A program made the translations under genes and the position numbers. A DNA stretch of 64,000 nucleotides from Lingula anatina (lineage: Eukaryota; Animalia; Brachiopoda). Below the pieces are notes generated by a model. That model had not been told where the DNA came from, searched no databases, and saw nothing but the letters and a program-made list of their open reading frames with translations. How positions within the stretch are numbered: position 1 is the first letter of the stretch; each line of letters begins with the position of its first letter. Of the stretch, positions 35,600-47,644 are shown piece after piece. The DNA is taken from contig CM120644.1 in NCBI GenBank assembly GCA_051362555.1, positions 21,474,534 to 21,538,533 on the forward strand. The letters run 5' to 3'.

Positions 35600-36915
35600 T
35601 TTACTGGGAATGTTTCAAATCAGGAAGGGAAATAATTCATTGAAGAAGCAACAGGAATTTGTTAGGAATTTTGCTAAATCTAGTCCAATTTTTCTGAAAT
35701 TTGTACAAATTCAGCTTAACAACTTAAGTAATCTGAGATAAGCTGATCAGTTGACTGTGTCTAGTGAAAAGTACTTTTACGGACAATATATTTGAGAAAA
35801 CTGAAGATTACACTGAAAACACTTGCAATTTGTTAACAGTTTTGTCAGATCTTGTCCAAAGTTTCTAAAATTAGTACAAATGATGCCTAACAAAAATAAA
35901 AATCTGTGATAATCTGATCAGTTGTCTGTGTCTTTTTTTATGTGTCAAGTTTATTGGAACACATCATAACTTCAAATAGTTATAGTTTAATAATTGTCAC
36001 ATATCATGTATTGTACACTTGGATAAGACAGTGCTGCACTTGCTGCTGTCTTTCACTGCCTGCTTTTTCATGGTAAGGGTACTCTGGAAAAAGAGCAATA
36101 TATTTGAGAAAACTGAAAATGACATTGAAAAGACTAGCAAATTCCAGGCCTTAAAACAGTTAAACGTTAATAATTTTGTCAAATCTAGTCAAATATTTCT
36201 GAAATTTGTACAAATGATGCTTAAAAATACTAAAAATCTGTGATAAGCTGATCAGTTGTCTGTGTCTTTTTTTAAGTGTCAAGTTTATGGGAAACTGATC
36301 ATCAGAAGAGTGAGAATTGACCAAAACAAATATTTCAATATTGCAATGTATTATTTACTTTGAAATAAAACAGCAAACGTGATGATTTGAGGTTGTTTGT
36401 GTAAGAGGTTGCAAATTACCTTTAACTGTCATCTGGAAAACAACATATACCCATACAAGACTTCTCCTTACTACCAATGCCAGATGCAGATTACTCCTTA
36501 CAATGGGTTTCTGTGAGGGGTTGCTGTTATCACAATATTGGACAATGTCTTAAATCTTGCCACATATCATGTATTGTACACAAGGACTAGGCACAGTGCT
36601 CCTCTTGCTGCTCATTTTCACTGCCTGCTTTTACATCCTAAGTTTACTCTGGAACAAAAAGAATACAACTGAAAAAAAACTGAAAATTACATTGAAAAGA
36701 CTGGCATTTCCCATGACATAAAATAGTTAAACATGAATAATTTGGTCAAATCATGTCAAGTATTTCTGAATTTTTTTCAAATGATGCTTAACAACAATAA
36801 AAATCTGTGATAAGCTGATCAGTTGACTGTGACTAATGAAAATTATTTTCTTCGGACAATATATTTGAGAAAACTGAAAATTACACTGAAAACACTGGCA
36901 AATTCCATGGCAACA
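35600..36915. repeat. degenerate dispersed/tandem repeat array
   Basis: AATCTG(A/T)GATAA(G/T)CTGATCAGTTG(A/T)CTGTG recurs near 35731, 35901, 36235 and 36802, with shared flanks. Confidence 0.8.
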
Positions 36916-37408
36916 CTGGTACCTGTAGCTGTTCTGATCTTCCCCATGTACTGGCATTGTCACACTTCTTGATCTGCAAAATGCAATAAAATACATATCT
37001 ATTACAAGGAACGATGCAGTAGCTCATGCTGGCCACAGTGCACTAATTAATCAGATCTGGTTTGACAGCTTGTTAGGGAAGTTTGCACAAAACAACATGT
37101 GATAAATTCTATTTAACAAACCAATCAGAAACAAAATCTGTCACTTCATGTCAGCTGTGAACAGATGACAGATGGACAGTTTAATACTAAGTTAAATTTA
37201 CACAAAACTGGTAAATAAACCCAACTTTGTTCATTTTGACTAAGCATTTTTTTCACCCAACTTACCACTTTATACAGTAGGTGTTACCATTTTCTTGTTA
37301 CAAATTCATCTCATACTTGCTCTTTTTCTCTCTTTCCAAACAAAACCAAGGTCTAAAAAGTGTTACCAAAAAACTTCAATATAACTACTTTCATGCAGTA
37401 ATGACTAT

Positions 37409-37582
37409 GGGGCCCTAGCAATAGTCCGAAGGTTCAATAGTCCGAAGGTTCATTGGTCCGAATATTCACTACAGAACCTTCGGACCAATGAACCCTTGAT
37501 TAAAAAATCGATGAAAATGTTACCACTTTTCGGACCAATGAACCTTCGGACCAATGAACCTTCGGACTATCGAGACGCCCCC
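37409..37582. mobile_element. second copy of the 20791 MITE family
   Basis: It has the same internal sequence, with flanks ATGACTAT / ATGACTAC. Confidence 0.85.
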
Positions 37583-37789
37583 ATGACTACAATTACTACA
37601 CACCCATTTGGTGATGAATGTAACCATGCTTCTCCAAAAGAAGCAGCTCTCAATTTTCCCCAGGGTCTTCTTCTGGCCAAAATGGCTTCCCATAGGGGAA
37701 TCATGACTTTCGCAATTTTTTTTCCTTTTTCTCATCATTAAACACTACAGGCCTCCTTACACCATTCTTGATATAATACATCTCTGACC
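37583..37789 (-). pseudogene. integrase HHCC zinc-binding exon, Ginger1/GIN-like transposase remnant
   Basis: A tgttttcag acceptor precedes SEMYYIKNGVRRPVVFNDEKKEK / HDSPMGSHFGQKKTLGKIESCFFWRSMVTFITKWVCSNC. Confidence 0.6.
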
Positions 37790-38130
37790 CTGAAAACATA
37801 GGAAAAAAAACAACTCAATTCTACTATTTTTAAACAAGATAATACTGTAGCAGATTTCTGGTCTATAAAAATATCAACAAGAAATGGTGCACTTTTGTCA
37901 ATACCAGTACTTTGTGGATAAACAGAAAACAAACTGTGGGACATATGAACAACCAAGCTGCTATGATGAACTAAGTTGGGCATATTTGTTTCTGTTGCAC
38001 GTTAAGAAATGAAAATTGTGTCAATGGGGAATACCCGCTTTAAGGGTCTGCCGCTAGATGGCGTGGGGGTGAAAGCAGTCCTTCTAAAATCTCGCAGAAT
38101 CTCGCTCACGGCTTTACACCAGAGTTTAAC

Positions 38131-39335
38131 ATGGAGCGTGTGCACGCGTCGCTGACAGTGAACCAACTCAAACACAATTTACTTGAATGTGGTGCCATAA
38201 CATCTGGATGAAAATGTGAATTGACTGGAAGGTATGTGTTTTCTTTTCATTTAGTGCTTGAAAAACACGAATGCTAACTATTTTCCTTGAAAAAATCAAA
38301 AATTAGTCGAGGTGTGTGTGTCAAATCTGACATGTTATGTACATGTACATGTAGACTACTGTAGGTACGAGTAGGCCTACGCTCATATTTTGTTTTAGTA
38401 GCAGGAAAGATTTTTATACTTAGTAAATGTACTTATTTATTTTCTTTATAAGGTTACCCAAAGAAGGCCCATATATCGGGGGCAAAGCCTGAAACTCTCG
38501 ATTTCAGGACCCCAGGACAGCCAACTTCAAGAGCAGGATAAAATGATTACTTCAGGAATCTTACCTATCACTTCACATCAGCGGCAAAGATTGATGTAGC
38601 CACCAGTAATGCCTACCCTAAAGCTGACTTACAGGCGGCTGTGATGGACAACAACTATTGCTAAGCGCCATGAAAAGAATAAAGCATGGATAGAGGGAAT
38701 GATGTAAGTGAAAACAGAGGTCTACTATTAAGAATCGGGGCCCAAATATGAGAATTATCAAACTAGGTGATAGGTGACATCATAGAATTATAATATTGTA
38801 TCTAAACTAATCTAAATTGTATCTATTTAACGCTGTAACCATCTACCATGCTTTAATGGGATATGAATATTTCAGGTTGAGGAACAAACAGCGAAGGACA
38901 CTGAGTAAGCAAGTTATAACAAGGAAAGAGCGCAATCTGACACAAGGAGAGACAATGGTGGATCACTGCCTCAAGATTTGAAGAGATAATTGCAGCTACA
39001 GAGAAGAAGTATATAAACAAACTGTATGAATCATTGTTGTGTCCAAAACCATTGCAGACACATGACAGTTGGACCCGGACCTGATTTCCCCTTTTGGAAT
39101 GTGTATCTCGTGCACAAATCTGGGCCTAAAGAAAACCTGCAAATACTTTACTCAGTTAGAAGGCCAGATGTTCATTACGAATCGCCCATTCTGCTATTTT
39201 GTTGTGTTTACATTCAAAGATCTGTTTGTGGGGTTGATTCATTCTGACACTGGATATTTTTCTACATGTATTTTGCCGAGGATAACTTTTTTTAATGAAA
39301 AACACTATACGAAGTACGTGTCAGCTAGTTTATAG
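38131..39335 (+). pseudogene. SAP plus YqaJ exonuclease gene remnant
   Basis: MERVHASLTVNQLKHNLLECGAITSG*KCELTG|gtatgt, and later WWITASRFEE and KYFTQLEGQMFITNRPFCYFVVFTFKDLFV. Confidence 0.75.
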
Positions 39336-40509
39336 AAAGTACCCCTGTATGAGATGGTTTTATCTGCAACCACAATTTTGAAGTGCCATTTAAAAAAAAA
39401 TGTTTTAACTAAATTGAAATAATTTGGTGGTGCTATATTCTTTACAAAAAGTACTTATGTGTTTATGCTGTTTTTAATAATATTTAACTGTAATGAGAAA
39501 AAAACTATGATGCTATTTTGTAAAGTATTTTTAGTGGGATGAAATAATTTGATAGTTGTATTTACAGCAAATAATTTGGTTTTTCTGCTTTTAAAAGAAT
39601 TTTCAAAGTGCTGACATAATGTGGTGGTTCTATTCAAGTAAAATAATTCATAAGTACTATTTTGTAAAAAGGAACAAAAAAACTGTTCATTTGTAAAATG
39701 TTTGCTTTCTTTAATTTTTATTTCTTAAACTGTTACAAAAAGTTTTCCATACCTACAGTAATCCATTGGCTGAGAAATTGCAGCTATATAATCAGGAAAG
39801 TTATAGCACAAATAAATTATCTAAGTATTACATGGTTTCATGGTTTTTACTATGGACTGAATAATTATTTTGTTTAAATAAAACATTTGGTTTTGCTGCT
39901 TTTTAATGAATTTTCAGAGCGATGAAATAATATGGTGTTTCTACTCAAGTAAAACAATTCAGAAGTGCTATTTTGTAAAAAAAAAAAAAGAATAAAAACT
40001 GTTCATTTATAAAATGTTTTCTTTCTTTAAATTTTATTTCTTAAACTGTTACAAAAAGATTTCCAAACATGCATTATTCCATTGGCTGAGAAATTGCATC
40101 TATACATGTACAAATAAATTATCTAACTATACCTAGTTTTATGATTCTTACGATGTACTGAATAATTTTTTTAAATAAAAATAATTATTTAATTAACATT
40201 ACCGGTCATGCTCAATACATCAATAAAAAAGGATATTACTTAATAACACAACCTTATGCGGGTAGAAGGCTACCGGTACCGGCACTTATGTATATTTACT
40301 GACAACTCTTCTGAAATTACGGACATAAGAAGAAAACGCACTTTGATAAATCGTACTTCCTAGGGGCACTTTCTTGCTATGGAGCTCTCTTTCCAAAACT
40401 TTATAAGTTTTTCCAAGATCAATTAACCTTTCTACGAGTATTCTTTTTGAGGCAACTCGTCTATCTTTAGGGGCCTAATTACTGTGCCTGGGTCAAGTTG
40501 TAACTGTCC

Positions 40510-40632
40510 TTTTAACATGGAAGGTGTGTTGACATGGGCAACCCTTCACTTCAAACAAGGCCCTGAATCCTCAGGAAAATTATGCCCACCTTGCCGACTT
40601 TGACATTCAGGTACACAACAATACTGAGGCAT
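40510..40632 (-). pseudogene. THAP zinc-finger N-terminus of the transposase
   Basis: MPQYCCVPECQSRQGGHNFPEDSGPCLK*RVA. Confidence 0.75.
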
Positions 40633-42389
40633 GTTTATTAAGGCCAGTGCCACAGTCCAAAGTATATGATATCCAACATGGCGACTGTGGAAGGACTGAA
40701 TTCACACTAGCGACACCTGGCGCCAAGCGGGCTGGTATACCTCATTGGACTGGACACCAAATGCAGAGTGAAAATTAAACAAAAGGCACCAGTTATAACA
40801 AGGCAGCAAAGTCAAATGTACAGACAAAAAGCAGAAAATAAAGATGCAAAAAATAGGTCATTTTGTCAATTTTGATGCAATAGTAAATAATGATTATAAA
40901 AGTCAATCAACACTGAAGTTTAATCATGCACAACAGGTAACATAAACTGCAGGTGCTCTTGATTGGGTCTTAAAGTGTAATTTTAGATCACAAATGATCT
41001 TACATGGTCTTAATCATTACAGCAGCAGTCTTAAAATGGAATGAATCTGCTTTTAAGATCAAAAATAATCTAACATCTACTTAAGTGGTCAAGCAATTTC
41101 CTCTCCTCACAATAGAAAGTAATGTTCCAAAGGAAAGTAATGTTTGAATAATAAACCAAAATTCATACAAGTGGAAAGAACATCCCCCCTTTACCTACAT
41201 TTATTATAAAGTTCTTGGCCATTCTCCTAACTGACGCCTTGGTTGGTACTCCGACCAGCATCCCCTTCCCCTTCCTGCAGATACTGAAACACAGCCTCTA
41301 CTGTAGGTTAACCAAACAGCACTCTGCCATCACTGAAAGTAGTATAAGTAGTGACAAAAACAGTTCCTGGTACAATCCAACACTCCTGATGACAGTAGGT
41401 GACAAAAGTCTCAAAATGCACTCCTTACATACAGATTGAGAGCAAGTCTTTCATCTGATAAAAATGATTGACAGTTACTGAGGACAGGACATAATTACAA
41501 GTAATTGAACTTAACCACTTCAACTGGACAATGCAAGAAGCCATACAGTCTTACTTATCATCACCATAAGGTATACTTCAAAATCACCTAGAAAATGTCA
41601 TCAGATTTTATGAAATGAATTGAATAGAAGGAGCAATGTGGACCATATGTGGACCTTCATATATTGATATACTCCTGTAAATGACGATTTTCCCATAATT
41701 ACCAATGGTTTATGAATCCGTTCCAACATTCAAAGTTAGCCCACGATTTTTTATAAAGTTTTGATTTATTTTTATAATCACTTATGTAATAATATGACTC
41801 TCAAGCTAAACGCTGGTATCCCTTTAAATGTATTAAAAAAAAACTTTTTAAGAAAAGCTAATGCACTAACTTTGAATGTCAGAACAGATACATTTATGAA
41901 TTCAATATATTGGAAAAGTAAAATTATTTGCTGGGTTTAATAATTATGTCTTTATATTGGGCATTAATAATCACCCTAAAATTTTTTAATGTATTAACCG
42001 ATGGTAATTATAGAAAACCGTCCTTTACCCCAGGAAAACTTCCTTTAGGCCAAAATGACAGGTCTTCTTAATTTAAGAAAACTTTAGAACACTTACCATT
42101 TACTCAGGTTATCCACAATAACATTGTCCAGTTGGAAGCCACCACCTTCCATATCAGTCATTTTAACAGACATAACTGCTAAAAATAAAGATAATTTAAC
42201 TGATATATATTTCCCTTTCATTTATAAGGGCATGCAAATCAATTACCAAGACTATGGACATTATGGCATTTATAATTAAAATTTTAATTTTAAAAAGAGG
42301 TCTTTAAAAAGTACTTTAAAAAACCTTATATTCATAAACATTACTGACTTGGCCATCCTGAGGTGTCAGTAGCGACATTATAGTTTCGA

Positions 42390-45300
42390 TCACTTGCTGT
42401 GGCATCTCATTACCTTAATTTTCTGTATTTGCTTCAAATCATTCTCTTGGTCTTAGTTTTCCCTAGATGTCCAACTTTGTGACCAAGTCGGATAATTTTC
42501 TCTGAAGATTCTTCTCAGATTTTTTTTCCTCCTCAAGACAGCGATCGGCCTTCATCCTGATTACATATAAATATCTGAGATTATTTTTCTTTCAGGACAG
42601 CGATCCGCCTTCATCCTGAGTAAATATAAAATATCTCATATAACTTTTTTCAAGACAGCGATCTGCCTTCATCCTGATTACATATAAATATCTGAGATTA
42701 TTTTTCTTTCAGGACAGTGATCCGCCTTCATCCTGAGTAAATATAAAATATCTCGTATTACTTTTCTTTCAGGACAGCAATCCACGTTCATCCTGAGTAA
42801 ATATAAAATATCTCATATCACTTTTTTCAGGACAGCGATCCGCCTTCATCCTGATTACATACAAATTATTTTAGATTACTTTTTTTTTAGGACAGCGATC
42901 TGCCTTCATCCCGAGTACATACAAATTGTTTCAGATTACTTTTCTTTCAGGACAGTGATCCACCTTCATCCTGAGTAAATATAAAATTTCTCAGATTTTT
43001 TTTCTTTCATGACAGCGATCCTCCTTCATCCTGATTATATATAACTGATTGAACTGTCTCTTTAATAGATAATCTTTTAAGTAAGTTGGTTGTCTGATTG
43101 TTCTCTTTGGTTTGGTGTAAATTGGTTCTTCAATATGATCACTGTTTCACTTGCTGTGGCATCTCATCAACTGAATTTTCTGTATTTGCTTCACGTCATT
43201 CTCTTGGTCTTTGTTTTCCCTAGATGTCCAACTTTGTGACCAAGTCGGATAACTTTTCTCTGAATTTCTTCTCATATTATTTTTTTCTTCTCAAGACAGC
43301 AATCGGCCTACACCCTGATTACATATAAATATCTGAGATTATTTTGCTTTCAGGACAGCGATCCGCCTTCATCCTGAATACATACAAATTATTTCAGATT
43401 ATTTTTCTTTCAGGACAGCGATCCGCCTTCATCCTGAGAAAATATAAAATATCTCATATTACTTTTCTTTCAGGACAACGATCCGCCTTCATCCTGAGTA
43501 CATACAAATTTTCTCAGATTATTTTTCTTTCAGGACAGCGATCCGCCTTCATCCTAAGTAAATATTAAATATCTCATATCACTTTTTTCAGGACAGCGAT
43601 CCGCCTTCATCCTGATTACATATAAATATATCAGATTACATTTCTTTCAGGACAGCGATCCGCCTTCATCCCGAGTAAATATAAAATGTCTCATATCACT
43701 TTTTTCAGGACAACGATCAGCCTTCATCCCGATTACATATAAATATCTGAGATTATTTTTCTATCAGGACAGCGATCCGCCTTCATCCTGAGTACATACA
43801 AATTTTCTCAGATTACTTTTCTTTCAGGACAGCGATCCGCCTTCATCCTGATTACATATAAATATCTCAGATTACATTCTTTCAGGACAGCGATCTGCCT
43901 TCATCCTGATTACATACAAATTATTTCAGATTACTTTTCTTTCAGGACAGCGATCCGCCTTCATCCTGAGTACATATAAAATTTCTCAGATTATTTTTCT
44001 TTCATGACAGCGATCCTCCTTCATCCTGATTATATATAACTGATTGAACTGTCTCTTTAATAGATAATCTTTTAAGTAAGTTGGTTGTCTGATTGTTCTC
44101 TTTGGTTTGGTGTAAATTGGTTCTTCAATATGATCACTGTTTCACTTGCTGTGGCATCTCATCAACTGAATTTTCTGTATTTGTTTCACATCATTCTCTT
44201 GGTCTTTGTTTTCCCTAGATGTTCAACTTTGTTACCAAGTCAGATAACTTTTCTCTGAATTTCTTCTCAGATTATTTTTTTCTCCTCAAGACAGTGATCG
44301 GCCTTCATCCTGATTACATATAAATATCTGAGATAATTTTTCTTTCAGGACAGTGATCCGCCTTCATCCTGAGTACATACAAATTGTTTCAGATTACTTT
44401 TCTTTCAGGACAGCGATCCGCATTCATCCTGATAACATATAAATATCTGAGATTATTTTTCTTTCAGGACAGCGATCCGCATTTATCCTGAGTAAATATA
44501 AAATATCTCATATCACTTTTTTCAGGACAGCGATCCGCCTTCATCCTGATTACATATAAATATCTGAGATTATTTTTCTTTCAGGACAGCGATCCGCCTT
44601 CATCCTGAGTACATACAAATTTTCTCAGATTACTTTTCGTTCAGGACAGCGATCCGCCTTCATCGTGATTACATATAAATATCTCAGATAACATTCTTTC
44701 AGGACAGCGATCTGCCTTCATCCTGATTACATACAAATTATTTCAGATTACTTTTCTTTCAGGACAGCGATACGCCTTCATCCTGAGTAAATATAAAATT
44801 TCTCAGATTATTTTTCTTTCATGACAGCGATCCTCCTTCATCCTGATGATATATAACTGATTGAACTGTCTCTTTAATAGATAATCTTTTAAGTAAGTTG
44901 GTTGTCTGATTGTTCTCTTTGGTTTGGTGTAAATTGGTTCTTCAATATGATCACTGTTTCACTTGCTGTGGCATCTCATCAACTGAATTTTCTGTATTTG
45001 TTTCACATCATTCTTTTGGTCTTTGTTTTCCCTAGATGTCCAACTTTATGACCAAGTCGGATAACTTTTCTCTGAATTTCTTCTCAGATTATTTTTTTCT
45101 CCTCAAGACAGTGATCGGCCTTCATCCTGATTACATATAAATATCTGAGACAATTTTTCTTTCAGGACAGCGATCTGCCTTCATCCTGAGTAAATATAAA
45201 ATGTCTCATATCATTTTTTTCAGGACACAGTTCCCCCTTCATCCTGATTACATATAAATATCTGAGATTATTTTTCTTTCAGGACAGCGATCTGCCTTCA

Positions 45301-45800
45301 TCCTGAGTACATACAAATTTTCTCAGATTACTTTTCATTCAGGACAGCGATCCGCCTTCATCCTGAGTACATACAAATTTTCTCAGATTACTTTTCATTC
45401 AGGACAGCGATCCGCCTTCATCCTGAGTACATACAAATTTTCTCAGATTACTTTTCATTCAGGACAGCGATCCGCCTTCATCCTGAGTACATACAAATTT
45501 TCTCAGATTACTTTTCGTTCAGGACAGCGATCTGCCTTCATCCTGAGTACATACAAATTTTCTCAGATTACTTTTCATTCAGGACAGCGATCCGCCTTCA
45601 TCCTGAGTACATACAAATTTTCTCAGATTACTTTTCGTTCAGGACAGCGATCTGCCTTCATCCTGATTACATACAAATTATTTCAGATTACTTTTCTTTC
45701 AGGACAGCGATCCGCCTTCATCCTGAGTAAATATAAATTTTCTCAGATTATTTTTTTTTTCAGGACAGCGATCCTCCTTCATCCTGATTATATATAACTG
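42390..45800. repeat. higher-order satellite: four blocks of 60-bp repeats separated by ~245-bp Gypsy-pol-derived spacers
   Basis: The unit is TTTTCTTTCAGGACAGCGATCCGCCTTCATCCTGAGTACATACAAATTTTCTCAGATTAC, with an exact 60-bp period over 45301-45660. Spacers at ~42390-42530 (partial), 43035-43285, 44040-44285 and 44857-45100 match 45797-46010. Confidence 0.95.
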
Positions 45801-45809
45801 ATTGAACTG

Positions 45810-46795
45810 TCTCTTTAATAGATAATCTTTAAAGTAAGCTGGTTGTCTGATTGTTCTCTTTGGTCTGGTGTAAATTGGTTCTTCAATATGATCACTGTTT
45901 CTCTTGCTGTGACATCTCATCAACTGAATTTTCTGTATTTGCTTCACATCATTCTCTTGGTCTTTGTTTTACCTAAATGTCCAAGTTGGATAACTTTTCT
46001 CTGAAATTTCCCTGGAACTAGAATCCTGTCATTTCTGTAAATGAGTCCTTCAATAATACTAAATTCTTCTCTCATATGCCAGTATGGTTCAATCTCCTCA
46101 TCTTTTCTGTACAGATTCCAATCTCTTGTTGAGATTCTCCTTCCAAGTTTGATTAGAGTTGGGTCAGTGAGGGTTTTCTCTGCTATCTCATCGAGAATCA
46201 CTGCTTTTTGAGATTTTACCATCCATATGATCATCCTCTCTGTACTATCACCACCCGTTTGTGGCCGTGGGTGTCGGGAGAGATATTCAAGAAGGTCTGC
46301 ATCATTCTTTCCTGGCTCATATACCACATCATAGTCAACATCTTGTAAGTCCATCACCCATTTCTCTATTCTCGATGGTAATTTTGCTTGTGCTTTGTTA
46401 AACCTGGATGGATACTTATGGTTTGTGTGCTGTGATAATCTTGACCTTTGGAGCACCCTGTGGGTATATTCTCATCCTGTACTTTGCCCATCTTACGGCC
46501 AATGCACCTTTTTTCATCTGTGAATATTTCTTCTCTGTATCTGTCAGTGCTCTGCTTTGCTTTGTCCATTTCTTGGAACAGTCCTGCTGACAACCCTTTG
46601 TTAAAACTGGCTTCTGTTCTCAGTATTTTTGGTTTGCCTGGTTCAAAGAAGGCCATTGTTTTGCTGCTGGTGATAGTTTCTTTTAATTTCTCGAAGGCTT
46701 TTTCTTCCTCATCTCACCAACGGAATTTCACATCTTGCTTGGTCAGTTTTAATAGTGGAGCAGTCACTGAGGCATAATCCTCTATAAAGTTGTCT
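45810..46795 (-). mobile_element. Ty3/Gypsy pol remnant (RNase H, integrase zinc finger, C-tail; integrase core deleted)
   Basis: Translation gives AFFEPGKPKILRTEASFNKGLSAGLFQ, LPSRIEKWVMDLQDVDYDVVYEPGKNDADLLEYLSRHP and IYRNDRILVPGKFQRKVIQLGHLGKTKTKRM, joined to the tail YTRPKRTIRQPAYFKDY. Confidence 0.92.
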
Positions 46796-47476
46796 AGGCA
46801 TGGATGTCTTGGATCACCTATATACATGTACTGAAAAAAAAATGGGATCATTTGGGATGTATGTTGAATAACCAATAAATAAATAAATAACATTCATTAT
46901 TATCAATTTAGTTTGGCATCCTTAGTGAATTTTTGAAGGACATTCATTGTAATTTTACATCTTCAGCAGTCCAGCATATGTCTTAACATGAGAAGCAACA
47001 CTATATTTGAGAATGGTGAACCCCTGTATACAGCATACTTGGCTACGTAATGTACGAGTTCCTAACATGCAAAGCAATACTGCACTCCAGTTGGAGGACT
47101 ATGGTTTAATAGACAGTTATAAAGATACGAAGGACGAAGCGAACACTGCAAAAATCCCCACAAGTAACTTTTATAGTAGCTCTAAGACAAGTACATCATA
47201 GAAACCCTATTGCTACTAATTAACTCTGCTAGTGCTTTTAAAGGTTTACCTCAGATGTTTCCAGGAATCCAGATCTACTGTATAACACCTATAACACTAG
47301 GATCAGCGGATCCCTTTGTCTACCCTCTACCGCTTCAGGGTTCTCCCCAGGCCTTTATAGCGTATCGGCAGCGATGCGCATTTCTTTTTGCCGATACGCT
47401 TCTTTTTTTGCCGACACGATTCTTTAAGGTAAAAATTCAGTTCGGTGAAGTTGCAGGGTTGGCTGTCCTACGGACA

Positions 47477-47644
47477 CAGGCCCGTAGCCAGCAATTTCAA
47501 AAGGGGGGTTCTTTTTCTGAAAAAGTGGACCTTTTCCCATAAAAACTTCATGTACCTAGATCAAATTTTACCCAGAGTGGACCTTTTCCCAGCAAAAGGG
47601 GAGGTTCTTTCGAACCCCCCGAACCCCCCCTGGCTACGGGCCTG
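47477..47644. mobile_element. hAT-like MITE with a 5-bp TSD
   Basis: The TIR is CAGGCCCGTAGCCAG / CTGGCTACGGGCCTG, with GGACA on both sides. Confidence 0.85.

Larger units (their letters stand above)
38026..40743. mobile_element. internally deleted ISL2EU-type DNA transposon with convergent SAP/YqaJ and THAP gene remnants
   Basis: Ends are caAT|GGGGAATACC ... GGTATACCTC|ATtg (AT TSD). The + strand has a SAP exon at 38131-38231 and YqaJ pieces at 38877-39335. The - strand has a THAP start at 40632. There is an internal ~311-bp duplication at 39574-40180. Confidence 0.75.

Noticed and set aside
42530-45800. CRISPR-like array (constant ~30-nt hairpin-forming half plus variable ~30-nt half)
   Set aside because: The variable halves are sequence variants of one another rather than unique spacers. 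No cas genes are present, the context is eukaryotic, and the array is continuous with a Gypsy 3' end.
42530-45800. Array of 24-nt micro-exons (tttctttcag|GACAGC...CCTGA|gtaaat) or hammerhead ribozymes
   Set aside because: The implied introns would be only ~36 nt and many units lack the GT. I could not find a CUGANGA...GAAA core with proper stems on either strand.
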